Assembly: GCA_043228905.1 (NCBI GenBank)
Contig: JBHGNT010000004.1
Location: 12,958,001-13,022,000 of the forward strand
Origin: Azolla caroliniana
Lineage: Eukaryota > Plantae > Polypodiophyta
DNA: 64,000 bases
Direction of reading: 5' to 3'
Position 1 is the stretch's first letter. Each line of letters starts with the position of its first letter. The notes under the pieces were generated by a model. It searched no databases. It saw only the letters and a list, made by a program, of their open reading frames with translations, and was not told where the DNA came from. Shown piece after piece: positions 50,401-64,000 of the stretch. The position numbers were made by a program, and so were the translations under genes.

Positions 50401-53400
50401 GGTTACGGCGTTTAATTTTCGGTCGTCCACGCATACCCGTATTTTGCCAGTTTACTTTGGTACGACTATGATCAGACTTAACCATGTAGCTTGTTTAACT
50501 GGCCGTATGAATCCCGCCTTGAGGAATTTGTCAATTTCTTCTTTTACGCGGGCCGCATAGTTTGGGTTCATGCGGTATCGACGTTGTTGGACCGGTTTCG
50601 CGTCGGTTGCTAAATTGATCTTATGTGGATAGAACTTCGGATCTAACCCTTTCATGTCCTCGTGGTCCCAGGCAAACACATCTTTATACTTCCTGAGTAG
50701 TGTTATCATTGCGCCTCTCTGATCCGGCATTAATTCTTTTGCGATGGAGAGGAAACGGGGTTCTGACGCTATACCCACGTTTACTTCTTCCAGGGCTGAG
50801 GCGGTGACTCGCCATGAAATTTCCATTTCCCTCTCGAACGCTACCCGTACACTACTTAGTTCTAGTATTGACTTCGGGTTTGGTTCGTAAGCCTCGTCGT
50901 GGAGTGTAGCGGGCGTGGCATATTCCGCCGCGGTTTCGATGACGTCGATTTCGAACAGGGGAATAATCTGAGGGTGCTCGTCTAGGTATGCCTCTAATTC
51001 TGTATCATCCACCCCAGCTAGCATATTTATATCCTCCGCGTATAATGGTGTTATGCCCTTGGGTTGTGTCACCATTTCCTCTGTTTGTACGTGGACCTTG
51101 GTGCGTCCGCGTCGAAAGTTGATACACTTGTGTTGCCAGCTCTACTTGATATTCGCTGAACGAAGCCACGGTCTGCCCAACAGCATAGGATACACCCCTA
51201 GGGCGTCAAGGGCGAGGACTACCACCGAGATGTCGAAGCGATGTCCTCCCACGATAATGCCTACCTTGCGTATCAACCCCAATGGTCATACTGAGTGGGT
51301 ATCCAGCGACCAAGAGAAGCCATAACGGCCAAGCTTCCCATGTTGAAATGCCCAATTGTTTGCATGTCTTCGCGCTAATTACACTAACACCCGAGCCGCC
51401 ATCGATTACGCATCCTGGGATTTCCTGACCGTGTAGTATCAACTTAATAGTCGGGTTGTGGTGATCCACCATTGTCGGTCTATCGCTAATGTCCGTAAAA
51501 TTCGCGGCGACACTTACCCCAAGTTTGCCCGTCATCCACTCTTCCACGGCCTGGCAGAATCGTGGGACTAGTTGCAGCAACTTCTCCATGGTTAACGTTA
51601 TCTCACAGCCTGTCAGTGCTTGCCATATGGGGTCTGGGGATGGTCCCTCTTCCTCCAATAGCTCCATCGTGTTTACGGACTCCTTCCGCATGCGCTCCGT
51701 ATTTGTTGCGTTTGCTTTTTCAACCCATGCTTGGGTTGTCTGCCATATCTCATCTTGTGCGGCCCAATCAACATTTTTTGTTTGCTGACGTGTCATGACT
51801 TGCTGTACTTCCGTCGTAATCGTATTCCTCCGGCTCGTCTTCCTCAAAATCGTTGTGATTCTGGCAATTCCAGTAGTGCCGGTCATCGTGTGGGTTTCAA
51901 TCCATATACCATGGTCGTTCTTCTTGCCGCCTTTGTTCATTACGGCGTGGGGGACGCTGTGTTTCCACGCTGCGTACTGTGGGTGTGGCTCTGTTCAACA
52001 TATTGTACTCGCACTCCTCAACTGTGTGAGCTTTTGAGTGACAAATTGGACAGTGAATTCGCATGTTGCATTCAACTGTGGAATGCCCCAAATTCAAGCA
52101 AATCGTGCACTGGATCGCTTGACGAAAATATCATTCCTCGTCCTGAGGTAACGTTTTTCATAATGAGGACATGGAAAACCTTTCCTCTTCTTTGTCCAGT
52201 TCGAGCTGTAGCGCTCTTTCTATGACCATATCGGTCGTTTCCCCTTTCACGCTATTGTTGTTGAGCGTTGTCCATATGGGTCGGCGTAATGCTGCCAGAA
52301 ATGTCTCCCTAGCCTTGTCCTCCGTCGGGCCCCGTTCTAATTTCCGCCGTAGATTTTGGAAGCATAAGCTGAAATCTGTGACCATCTCGGTCAGCAACTG
52401 TTTAATTGTGTAAAACTGCCCGAGGATTTCGCGTTGCAACACCCTCCGATGAAAAAACCGCAGAAAGGCTAACTGCAGTTGGTCGAAGGTCGTGATTGCT
52501 GGTAGATCCATCTGCAAATGCCAAAACACCGCTCTCCCATCCAAGGTTAATCCGAACTCCGTCATTTTGGACTGGTGCACTACTGCCTCGGAAAGGCTCT
52601 GCGCCATGTGTTTTGCATTCCAGACATTGAGGAATAGTCGAATGTGGGTTGCAGCATTGGTTTCGCCGTTGAAGCGGGGATAAGCGAAGGCCATGCTGGG
52701 TGCTACGGCGGGCAGGGAAAGGCCACAATGCTTTTGTGGTGAGTGCGCTTCCTACGTATCACCGAGGTATTTGGAGAGCGAGAAATCATCTTTGTGGTCC
52801 CGATAAGTATTACTGAGGTTACTGAGGCGTGGCTTTTGTCATGCACGTTCCTCTGCTTGGCGTGTGATGGACCTTGTGATTGGTCGGTCTTGTCGTGTTG
52901 GTTCTCTGGGGTGTCTCCGGCTAAACATCCATTTGTCGTTGTTCGTCTATGAGAAGACACAAATCACCAAGCATGCCAAAAGTGTTATCGATTAGGAACA
53001 CGGTCTATGGTCAGTCCTTCAAAGTGACTGTGTGACAACAAATGGTAGTGTTTGTGCGTAATACTTAGTGGGATACCTCCCGTAACCTAGCAGTGTATAA
53101 GGGAGACGACTACAACCGAGCTCCTTAGATAGTGGGCTAGCACACACACTGTTACTCACGCCCACGCTCTTACGACTAAGCTACGCCACCAAGGATTACA
53201 GACACATAGTAGATTAACCACAGATACGCATAGATATTAGAGAAGATAGAACTCTATTAAGGTACACCTTTTACATTCAAAATTACACGCTACCTCTATT
53301 AGAGGTTTTCTACCCTTTATATACGCAGGGTAGGGTCTTTTAGCCGTTCACGCTTCCCGCGTGAACCGTTTACATGCGTTACAATATTATTCTATTCCAT

Positions 53401-53444
53401 ATTACTGCACTCTTGTCTGTCGGTTACTATTCTGGCGGACAACA
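47402..53444 (-). mobile_element. Non-chromovirus Gypsy (Athila/Phygy-like), 3'-truncated, inserted in the Tcn1-like RNase H
   Basis: 5' LTR ~52983-53444; TGG-starting PBS-like site at 52978. Gag; protease IDGGSG; RT PVQQRRYRMNP, FLDDF; RNase H DASD, YYASR; integrase GGHYAG, WGLDFVGP, QANGLAE. Confidence 0.88.
47410..47808 (-). pseudogene. Extra ORF downstream of integrase in the Athila/Phygy-like element
   Basis: An ATG at 47808 is in frame with ORF 47410..47628 through a single TAA. Ser/Pro/Arg-rich N-terminus; same strand as pol. Confidence 0.5.
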
Positions 53445-55607
53445 CATTGTCTATAATGATCACAAAAATCTAACGTACTTCCGAAGTGCTAGAGTCTTGA
53501 GTCGTCGACAAGCTCGTTGGGCGCAGTTCTTAACTCGTTCTAATTTTGTAATTCTATATCGCCCTGGGACGCAACAAGGAAAAGCAAATGCTTTATCTCG
53601 GCGTTCGTATATGTAACTTCAACCAGAAGAGGCCGCATTTGAAAGTCAGAAGCAAATCCTCTTGGGTCCTGACCGTCTACGACTAATGGCATTTTGACAT
53701 GCTATAGACACACCCGGGGATTGAAGTCTTCTGGACTCTATTCGGGAGCATATTGAGACTGATGAATTCGCCCAAGACATTCTGAACCATATTATCCCAG
53801 ATCGTGCTTCTTGTTCACAATCTCAAAATCCTCATCAAAACTACAACCAGTTCAGTTGGCATGATGGTTTACTTTTTCGACAAAATCTCTTATATGTGCC
53901 TGATGGTCCTTCTCGACTCCAAGTCTTTCAACAATGTCATGACACACCCATGGCTGGACATTTCGGCATCCACAAGACTTTGGCGTTAATTTCTCGAAGG
54001 TATTCGTGTCCACGACTTCGCCATTTTGTTATGGATTATGTTCATAGTTGTGATACATGTTGTCGATCCAAAAAACCTCGACATCATCCATGTGGCTTAT
54101 TACAGCTAATGCCTATTCCTGAGAGTCCATGGAAATCTATTTCATTGGACTTCATTACGAATCTACCACCTTCCAAGGGTTTTGATTCTATTCTCATGAG
54201 AGTAGATCGTTTTACCAATATGGAACATTTTCTTACCTGCACAAAGGCAATTACGAGCCAAGAGACAGCCGAGTTGCTCACGCGAGAGGTGTTTCGGCAT
54301 CATTGACTTCCCGGTGATATTATCAGTGATTGGGGTCCCCATTTCATCTCAAAATTTTGGCAACACATGTGCAAACTCTTACATACTTCTTGCAAACTCT
54401 ATTCCGGCTACCATCTAGAAACTAATGGGTAGAGTGAGCGCACCAACGAAACAGTAGAACAATATCTTCGTTGTTTTGTCAACTATTAACAAGATGATTG
54501 GGTTGATCTATTACATTTGACAGAATTGGCTTACAACAACTCAGAACATTATTCTACTCAATATTCCCCATTTTTCGCAAACATTGGGTACCATCCTCGT
54601 TGGACTATGATTGAACATCCCGAACTCTCGACAAACCTGACTGCTAAAGATCGGCTCACCCGACTCCAAGAAGTTCAAGATATCCTTTTGCACCATTTAG
54701 TTCATGCTCAAAACATTCAAAAGAAGGTTTTCGACCATCATCGACTACGTTTCAAGTGGGTGATCGAGTATGACTTTTACAAGGTCGTAATAAAACAACC
54801 CGACCTTGCTGCAAATTGGATTATCAACTTTTTGGCCCATATGTGATATCTGGTAAGATTAATGATGTGACATTTCTCCTTGATCTTCCCCCTCATATGC
54901 ATCATCACCCGGTCTTCCATGTTTTACTTTTGGAGCCCTACACAACCAGCTCTATTCCAAGTTGTCTTACATCTCCCCCACCTCCAATCGAAGTTTCGGA
55001 TGGCTCCGCATATGAAGTTGTTGCCATTCTCGACTCCAAGATCATTCACAACAAACTGTATTATTGGGTTGATTGGTTAGGTTATACACCTAATGATTGA
55101 ACAAGGGAACCTCTCGAGAGTCGTGTTAATGCCTCCGAAATGGTTGATGTGTTTCACCACAAATATCCCCATAAGCCAAGTTCGAAATCTTGTGTTCCGA
55201 ATTGTGGAATTCTTCGTAAAAGAGGGGGAGATAATGTCATGAAGACATACATTTTGGCCTGACAAGGATTCGAGCCCATGCCATCTTGGTCTATATGTTA
55301 GACCTTTAACCAATATAATAACATATATGATATACAGTTATAATAAATATATTATTAGTTAGTACAAGATATTTAGAGTATTCTAGAGCATTCTAGAGTA
55401 TTCTAGAACATTCTGCGATATTCCATGATTATATTAAATATCTAAAATATTCTAGAACATTCTAAAATACTCCATCCGGACTTATAAATAGGTGTTTATT
55501 CATTCATCACAACTCATTCGGTTCAACACCAATCTTTAGCCCTTAGCCCCTTAGCCTACTCTTTGTAACCTTGTTTCCTCATAATATAATCTCATTTCCA
55601 TTTCTTG

Positions 55608-55656
<49 letters not shown>

Positions 55657-58600
55657 AGTCACGAATCTCGACACTTTGTATCTGGGTGGATTTCCGCCAT
55701 CTCCCGACTTCCATTTGTATACCCACTTTTTCCGTAGTGCCTTCTTCCCTTTCGGCAACTCGGTCAGTTTGTATGTGTGGTTCTCATGCAAGGAATCCAT
55801 CTCCTCTTGCATGGCACTTACTACTTTCGGTTGTGGGTATCATGCTTAGCTACCTCAAAGCTTTCTGGCTCCCCCTCATCGGTTATCAGCACGTACTCTT
55901 TCTCCAGAAATCTTCGGAGGGCCCTCCTCTCTCTCAAGAGATATCTTCGGCCTCCATTTGGCACGGTCGATTCTTCTTCGACTTCTTCGGCCTAGTCGAA
56001 CTCGGCTCCTTGTTCATTTGGTTCCCCTTGTTCTTTAGTTGGTTCTCGATTTTGCCGAGTGTTAAATTAGCCGACTAGCTCAGATTCGATTTCGATTGAA
56101 TCGACTTCTACTCAATTTGGCCAAGCATTGACTCAGCTCGATTCAGTAGTTGGAGAGTTGTTCTCACTCACCCAATAGAAAATCTTCTTCTCTTCCATGA
56201 AGATGATGCCTCGGCATCAGATCACTTTCTTCTCGGCTAAGTCCAATAGCCGATAGTTGAATTCATCATCGCCGTAACTGAGAAATAGGCACGGTTGGCT
56301 CTTGGGATCGAGTTTCCCCATCTGGACCAGGCAACTAATATGACACCTCTTTGCCAGACCATACCCTTTGTGGTATGTCACCTTCTAGTGGAACCTAGGG
56401 AGACCTATTGATCACATAAACGGTTGTCATCAGCGCCTCGGCCCAATATATCTTCAGCAATTTCACATGTGCCAACATAAATCGAACTCTCTCCAGGATA
56501 GTCCGGTCCATTCGCTCAGCCATCCCATTTAGTTCCTGTGTCTTCGGCATTGTGTACTCTAGCCAAATACCTTGAGTTTGGCAATACTCTTTGAATTTAC
56601 CTCGATATTCACCGCCGTTGTCTGTTCGGACGCCCTTCAATTTTTTGTCAGTTCTCTCTCAGCTCTCGCTTGGAACTCCTTGAAAACACTTAGTACTTGA
56701 TCCTTTGTCTTCAGCACGTAAGCCCACAACTTACAACTATGATAATCAATGAAGGTAACAAAGTACTGTCCACCGGAATGAGACTTTGCATCTACATAGC
56801 ATACATCAGTGTGTACGAGTTCCAAAGCAGTTTTCCTTCGAATCGGAGGCCTCAGTCAGAACGTGACTCTATTATGTTTTCTGGCCAGGCAATATGCACA
56901 CTTAACTAGATGCACCTTCTTCACCTCCAGTAGGAATTCTTTTTCGGCTAGAATCTGCATTCCTTTTCCTTTCTAGTTCATGTGACATAGTCTTTTGTGC
57001 CACAACTCACCGGTTGTATCGGCTACCACGTTTACTTCCCCTTGGCATAATCGAGCATTCATTATGTACAGTGTGCTTGTTTTCCGGGCTCGAGCCAGGA
57101 TCAGGATCCCCTTTCAGAACTTCATGACACCGTTCTGGATGCTACCCGTGTAGTCTTCATCATCATATTCAATCTGACTTCTGGGACGTGTCGAATATCT
57201 CTCAACATTAGTTTGCACCATGTCGATGTCATCAGACGCACATATCCTATGCCGACAATTCGGCATGCTCCTTCATTTCCCACCTTTACAAGACCATGGT
57301 CTCCGGCTTTGTATGATACGAAGCACTTTCGGTCAGGGGTTACGTTAAACGACGCACCCAAATCGACCACTCATGTCAATTCTTCGCCGACGAGATTGAC
57401 CTCATTTTGTTCACTAATGAACACCAGCTCCTCTTCACTCGTGGTGATTGCTGAGGTGTTCTTTGTCTGATATGTTCTTCGGCTCTACACCATTAGCTCC
57501 CAGGTTCTCCTTTCGGAAGTGTCAGCAATTCTTTATGAAGTGCCCCAGCTTCCCACAATAGAAGCATGTGGGCCTTCCCCTTGACTTCGACCTTGTTCCC
57601 GACTTATTTTGATTCTGGGAACTTTGATTTCGACTTCTTTCTGGATTCATGTCACTTTTTGTGACAAGGGCCTTCTGGTCGATGTTAGACTCTCAGTCCT
57701 TCTGGCGAGCTTCTTCATTAAATAAGCTCGACTTCACCTACTCTAGGGATAGATGCTTCCCTTTCGGTTTGGCGTTGCCTAATGTGACAAGGAGCGTCTC
57801 CCAGCTGTTTGGAAGGGATCCAAGCAAGAATAAAGCTAATACCTCATCGGCAAGAGGTACTTCTAGAGACGTGGTTTGGTTCATCAGTCCTTGGAAGGCA
57901 TTGATATGCTCCGCCATGCTGGAGTTGTTTTGACACCAAAATATCACGATTTTTCTGAAACCTAAGACTCTATTCACGACGTTCTTTTTTTTGAACATTA
58001 CGCCAATCTTCTTCCAGAGGACGTTGGCTTCTGTTTCTTCTCCGAAGTTGTTGTATAGATTCATGCCTATGAAACACCTTATATATGCGGCCGCCTTCAG
58101 ATGGAACACTTCCCAAGTCATTGCATCCATCTTGTCTGGTCATTTATCTCTGAACTGCAACGACAGCCAGAGGTCTTTCCACATGAGCATGTCTCTCATC
58201 TTCAACTTCCATAGTGAGTAGTTGGATCCGGTTAGCTTGAACATACCACCGAACGAGTCTTTTGTCGCTCAGATACCAATTTGTTGTGAATCGACCGGCC
58301 ACAATTGGTTCCATGGTCGTTTGCGGGTGCAAAGAAACGAGCGAGATAGATACACAAACAGAAATGAGGGGCACAAAACAAAGAAAATAGAGACATTGAT
58401 TTTAACGTGGGAAAACCGAAACGGAAAAGACCAAGGGGGTCCATAAACCCCAATAACATATCATTATATGGAAAGGAGTACAATAAGAAACTCAAAGGCA
58501 ACGACCTCAAGATCTTCTTCATTAATAGAAGGCTACAAAGTTACTCACTAACTCTCACACATGCTCTCACTCTCACAGTTATAGAGGCCACACCCTTCTT

Positions 58601-58679
58601 TGTAAATTCTCAACTCATGGATTCATCATGATTGCCCTAGGTGTATATATACTAGTATACAGTATGGGCTATTTACAAC

Positions 58680-61600
58680 TGTTGAGAGGCAAGCTCAACC
58701 GGATCCGGATCTGCTGAATAAGCCTGAGCTAGATTGACATCCGGAAGGATGAGCCGGATCCATCAGTAACCGGAAGCCTAGTAACAACCCTAGACTACTA
58801 GGTAGTTAATGTCTCATAGTTAGTGTCAGATGCTTGTGTGAGCATTGAAGTACACCGTACTTCTATCAATCCGTATGGACTTGTATAAAAGTGTTCACTG
58901 AACACATACGATGTATAGAGCATTACAGAGAACTGTTATTTCTTGAATAGAGTCTTGTGTCTTCGCTCTCTCTCTCTTTCTAGGACATTGTGCTAAGTTC
59001 TAACTTCACCCCTATGTTTTGCAAAGCCACTCTTTCCCAAACTTACCCCTCAATCTCGCCCAAACTTAGTCCTCCTTACCAAGGTCATTGGACGTCTTTC
59101 CCTACTATTTGACCACATAGGATTGCGAGCAGAACACATTATATATGCGAGAGAGTGCCTAGCTCCCTTGCTAACTCTAATCTTCAATCGTGCCCTTGCG
59201 GAGGGTTTTCCACCACAGTGGACTATGAATACAGTGGCCCCCATACATAAAGGGGGGGACCCCATGAACCCAAATACATATAGGACCATTATGATAGGCC
59301 ATACATTGCTAAGTTATATGGTGCAGTAATGGAAGCAGAGCTTAGCGACTATATGGAGACCCTAAACCTTCGTGCACCTGAACAAGCTAGCTTTAGACGA
59401 GCCTTCTCCACTATTGATCATATCTTCACACTTAGATGCCTAATTGACCAAACTAAGGCTCGCAAGAAGAAATTATATTGTTGTTTTGTGGACTTCCGCA
59501 AAGCCTTTGACACAGTCCCTAGAGAGCGGTTGTTTGATAGACTTAAAAGCTTGAGGATACCAGATGATATGGTATGGGCCATCTACGCACTATATGAACA
59601 AGTGTCCGGGTGTGTCTGATGCCCAGGTGACCTATCTAATCGTTTCACTAGCACTATTGGTGTAAAACAAGGTTGCCCCCTATCACCGACGCTTTTTGGG
59701 ATCTACATTGATGAGATCACAGATTTTCTTGCTCGTGAGGGAGGCACCGGAGTGGTCCTTGGGGATACGCAGGTTCGTATCTTGCTCTATGCGGATGACA
59801 TAGTTTTGCTCTCTGAATCCGAACACGACCTACAAAGGCACCTTAATGCCTTAGATGACTTTTGTGTACAACGAGGATTGGTAGTGAATCTAGGGAAAAC
59901 GAAAGTCCTTATCTTCCACACATCGGCCCAAGTTAGAGCTAAGTCTCACCTAACTATCTCCCATAGCCCAGTCGAGGTGGTTGGATCATACGTCTATCTC
60001 GGAGTCACTTTTAGTGCCCGCTTAGGTAAATTTTCGATGACACAGGCAGCGAAGGATAGACTCACGAGAGGACATGCATCCATCTCACTCCTAGAGAGAC
60101 AATGCCACCAAGCACACTTTCAAGAGCCACGGACTAAAGGGTGGCTCTTTGACTCATTAGTGACCCCCTCCCTCATGTATGCATCAGCGGTTTGGGCTCC
60201 AGGATTACCATCTTTCATGTGGACACAATTAGAGAGACCATTGGTGATGATGCTATCACACCAACTCCAAAGCAAATCGATTGTACCACATGACATTATT
60301 AGGGTTGAGTTCACGTTACCCCCAATGTTAGTAGAGGCACTTTTTCAACTTGTAGTCTTTATTGATAGGATACATAGCCAACCACATGATAGAATATCTC
60401 ATCAAGCCTTTAAGGCCTCTCGATCATTGTATGAGTCCGGCTATACTAGCTCATGGTATGGCATGATGGTGACTTGGCTTCTTGCGAATGGTCTAGACAT
60501 TAATAACCTACCTCCCCTTAGGTACAACCACACGAGTGATAACACTTTAATCTCTCATGAGGACCGCAATAAAGTACTATGCCAAGAAATATGGCAAATT
60601 TACACTCGGTGTAAATGGATCACCCCACTAGAGCCACTCCCATCTAAAATGTCGTACTATAAGAAACACTTCATGCACTTCTCTGAGTTAGGTTTTATCA
60701 CGCGGCCAAAATATCTAGATGTATTCTTACCACATGCACTAAGGGTTGCCATTGGACATCTTAGAATATCATCTCACCAACTTGAGATTGAGAATGGCCG
60801 TACTAGTGGAGTCCCTAGGGAGGAAAGGATATGTAGGTTATGTCACATAGAAATAGAGGATGAGTACCACTTTACATGCAAGTGTCCAACCTATGCCGAG
60901 ATAAGGGCAAAATACCAAGACATACTTGGTTCGTCTCCCACCCTCCCCAACCTATTAGATACTCTAGATATAAAGAAATTAGGCAAATACATTCTAGAGC
61001 TAAAACAACACAGAGAGAATAAATTACAAAATGTTGACAATAATGTTGCTAATGATCACGAACATGTAACAAATGAAGTTTTTCAGGAACATGAGGAGAC
61101 AATGAATGCTGACACACTTGCACCACTCGGCCTTTCCATTGATGAGGCAGAAAACCATAGAAGAACCAGACGTCCTCGGGTGCCGGGTTTCAAAGCAACT
61201 CGACGTGATGTGGAAGCAATATTGAAAATAAGGGAACGTGAGCTACACCGCCTAGAAGCCATGGCTAGGGCACTCTCTACATTGGAACCCACATCAAGAC
61301 CCTTTGACCCCCCACTTCTTTTCGAGAGGCTTGGGTGGAAATAAAATTAGGCTTAGTGTATAGTCACTTTCGAGTATACTACATATTGTACACTACTAGA
61401 ACTCTTTTAGTTTAAGTTCTATTTTTTACTTAATTTTATTTTAGTTATGATGACTGGATAAATACTCTATTGTTGTAAACCAATTGTCTCATGGGCCAAA
61501 TTTGGCCTTAGAAGACGTTAATATATCTTTCTTCCTTTCTTTCTTTCTCTTTGTCTCTCCCGCGTACTGTGTATATTTAAGCTCTCCATTAAACCTGCGT

Positions 61601-64000
61601 ATTTTTTTGTCTTCGTTCTTCTACTTGCTTCCACACGCTATTCTTTACATGGTATTAGAGCGCGAGGGTTGAGAACCTCTGCAGCCGACATAGTTTGAAA
61701 GGAAAACCAACCAAGAAGAACAGGTAAAACCGATGGATAGCGGCATGGCTAGCTCGTTTCCCACGGAGAAGCTCGACAGAAACAACTACGCGTCTTGGTC
61801 CTACAAGATGCACCAGTACCTACTCGGGCACAATTACTGGACCTATGTGGATGGAGCAAATGACACAGCACCCGACTTGACACACATATATTTCCCGGTG
61901 TGGGAACAGTTGAGGAGCAGAGTATTGTACTGCTTCGTGTCTTGTGTGGGCGAACAGCTCCTAAGCTACATTCAGGAAGCAAAAACACCAAAAGATGCTT
62001 GGCGAATTCTGAAGAAGATTTTCGCCGCAAGCACTATAGCCAGGAAGCTTCAACTCCTATAGGAGCTGAGCAACCTACGACAACGCGACTTGTCGGTGGC
62101 AGACTACACCTCCAAAATCAAAGACATTTGCGACTCTCTGGCCGACATCGATGTGAATATCGAAGAAGCCGATATGGTGCAAATCTATCTCGAAGGTTTG
62201 GCGTCAAAGTTTAGAGTGTTCTGAACTGCTATGTGTACAAGGGAGAATACACCATCATTTTTCGACTTACAGTCGATGCTCCTTGTGAAGGAGAACTACG
62301 CCAGTGTGTCAACAAGTGCACCCACTGACAGCTGAATGCTATACATAGAGGCGGATCGGCCCCATGGGCGTGGTGGACGAGGCAGGTCAGCTCTCAATGG
62401 TAGCGGCCGGCAAGATCAGGACCGAAGGCACAGAGAACGTGCCAACAGTAGTTCCGGACCCTCCACAAGTAGGGGGAGTCAAGGCGGCGCCGAAGGCTAG
62501 CAAGAAAAGGCCACCACGGAATGCTGGTACTGTGGTAAAAAGGGCCACATAGAAAGCGATTGTTGGATGAAGCATGCCGATTTAGACAGATTCGGATCCG
62601 GCAAGGCCGGTAGAGAGAACCGGCAATACTCGCACTACACAGAAGGATCGGGAGGATCGAAAACCGGAAAAGCCGGTAAAGGGACAGCCTTGGTGATGAA
62701 ACATGAGGCTAACTCAATGAAAAAGACCACTTCCGAATCGGACTAAGTGTGGTACGTTGATTCCGGTGCGTTGAATCACATGACAAGCCACAAAGAGTGG
62801 TTCTGTTTCTTGGAGAAACCGGAACAACTAGGAGTCGTCGAAACCGGACACAACACTCCTCACCCAATCATGCATATCGGAGAAGTCCCTTTGAGCCACA
62901 TCGGATAGAGGGGGAAGCTGATGAACGTATTACACGTTCGGACTATCATGAAGAACCTGGTGCCAATCAGTTAGATCGTTGACCAGGTGATGCAGGTGCG
63001 GTTTACGCACCTTCGGTGCTTCAGCGAGAAAGAGGGCTAGATTATTGTGCAAGGGCGTAGAGAAGGGAGGATGTTCATCCTCGACACCAGTGAAGTCGGC
63101 ACCGCTTTGTTCGCCATAGGACAGAAGATTGAATCGGATATTAATCTCTCGCACAAGCGGATCGTCCATGTCAATTACCGAAGGCTTCAAGACTTGCAAA
63201 TGAAACAAGTTGTTTTCAGTTTGCCGAAGTTTCAGTGATCGGAAGGCCCAAATATGTGAAGCCTGCAAACTTGGGAAGCAACACCAGCTTCCATTCCCCA
63301 CCAACCGAAACTGTAGCTGTAACAAGCTCGACCTTATTCATTCGGATGTATGGGCACTAGCACAGAACGTTAGTCTTGGCGGGAGTCGGTATTTGGTCTC
63401 CTTCATCGATGACTACAGCCGACACACATGGATCTACCTCATTGAGCGGAAGAGCGATGTCTTCGAGTGTTTCCGGAACCTGCAAAGCCTGCTTGAATGG
63501 GAAACAGAGAGGAAGATCAAGTGTTTACGGTTGGATGGCGGAAAAGAATATTTTTCTGGCCAATTCAACTATTATCTGCAGCAAAAAGGAATTCCAAGAG
63601 AGTTCAGCTGTAGATACACACCGGAGCAAAACGGTGTAGCCGAAAGGAAGAACCAGTCGATTGTCGACGCAGCAAGGGTAATGCTGGAGGAGAAGAGCAT
63701 GCCCCATTTCTACTGGGCGGAGGCGGTCGGGACATCCGTCAACATCCAAAACCGGATCGGTGACAAGGTTTTCGCGCATGAGCTGTATTTCAGATGCAAG
63801 CCAAATTTGAGACACCTTCGGATATTCAGTAGCATTGCATATGTGCATGCGCCAAATGAGAGGCATAGGAAATTGGATGCAAATTCGGAGAAATGCATCC
63901 TGATCGATTACTCGCATGAGCAAAAGGGGTATAAGTGTTATAATCCTCGGACGAAGCAGGTCCGAGTTAGCCGGGATGTTGATTTTGATGAGACGGCATC
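58680..64000 (+). mobile_element. Copia B2 (same family as B), inserted in the 5' LTR of H; runs off the window
   Basis: 5' LTR 58680-61649 is split by a LINE; PBS at 61650-61661; gag from 61733; protease and integrase carry stops. Confidence 0.92.
59111..61550 (+). mobile_element. LINE copy 2, 5'-truncated (RT and C-terminus only)
   Basis: Highly similar to 37332-39766, with the same 3' UTR and (TTTC)n tail. ORF 59752..61344 has YADD and the CCHC motif. Confidence 0.93.

Larger units (their letters stand above)
14447..55673 (+). mobile_element. Tcn1-like chromovirus copy 2, full length and degenerate (pieces 14447-17305, 46861-47401, 53445-55673)
   Basis: LTRs at 14447-14839 and 55235-55673; TSD CTTTG at 14442-14446 and 55674-55678. 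Gag, protease (LLDSGA), RT, RNase H, integrase and chromodomain (~55010-55170). PPT AGAGGGGGAGATAA. Confidence 0.93.
9501..58679 (-). mobile_element. Copia H (Tnt1/Tork-like), outermost host, in three pieces: 58679-55674, 14446-14260, 10261-9501
   Basis: 5' LTR 58282-58679 is interrupted; PBS TGGTATCTGAGC at 58278-58267; gag, protease and integrase follow. RT rejoins across the inserts: PPRYK|ARIVVKGF and GDLE.EI|.MHQLEGF. YVDDML lies near 10040. It ends at the start of RNase H. Confidence 0.88.

Noticed and set aside
4074-58679. The LTRs at 4074-4338 and 58282-58679 as two ends of one element
   Set aside because: The gag N-terminus, PBS and the KLDPK..PC integrase segment each occur twice, so two copies (A and H) are needed.

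Overview
This window is plant heterochromatin-type DNA made almost entirely of transposable elements; no host protein-coding gene was recognised. The mix of a Tcn1-like chromovirus, Bryco-like Copia, fungal-like Gypsy and an RTE-X-like LINE suggests a non-seed plant, probably a moss (inference). Target-site duplications (TSDs) and rejoined reading frames give a six-level nest: minus-strand Copia H (9501-58679+) > Tcn1-like Gypsy (14447-55673, TSD CTTTG) > tRNA-Trp-primed Gypsy T1 (17306-46860, TSD GCGT) > Bryco-like Copia B (19837-39864) > Trp-primed Gypsy T2 (21418-31735) > young intact Copia C (22613-27973, TSD GATAT, open polyprotein). Side insertions are more Copia/Gypsy copies, two LINEs, a MITE/Helitron-like fragment and a P-element-like transposase remnant. 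Most notable: (i) antisense tRNA-spaced A/B-box cassettes in the LTRs of two unrelated Gypsy families; (ii) two independent LINE insertions at the same TG/TC microsatellite of one Copia LTR family; (iii) a Tf1-type self-priming site; (iv) a P-like transposase in a land-plant context; (v) a roughly 200-aa post-RNase H extension in Copia B. Clade names come from motif recognition only; no database search was run.
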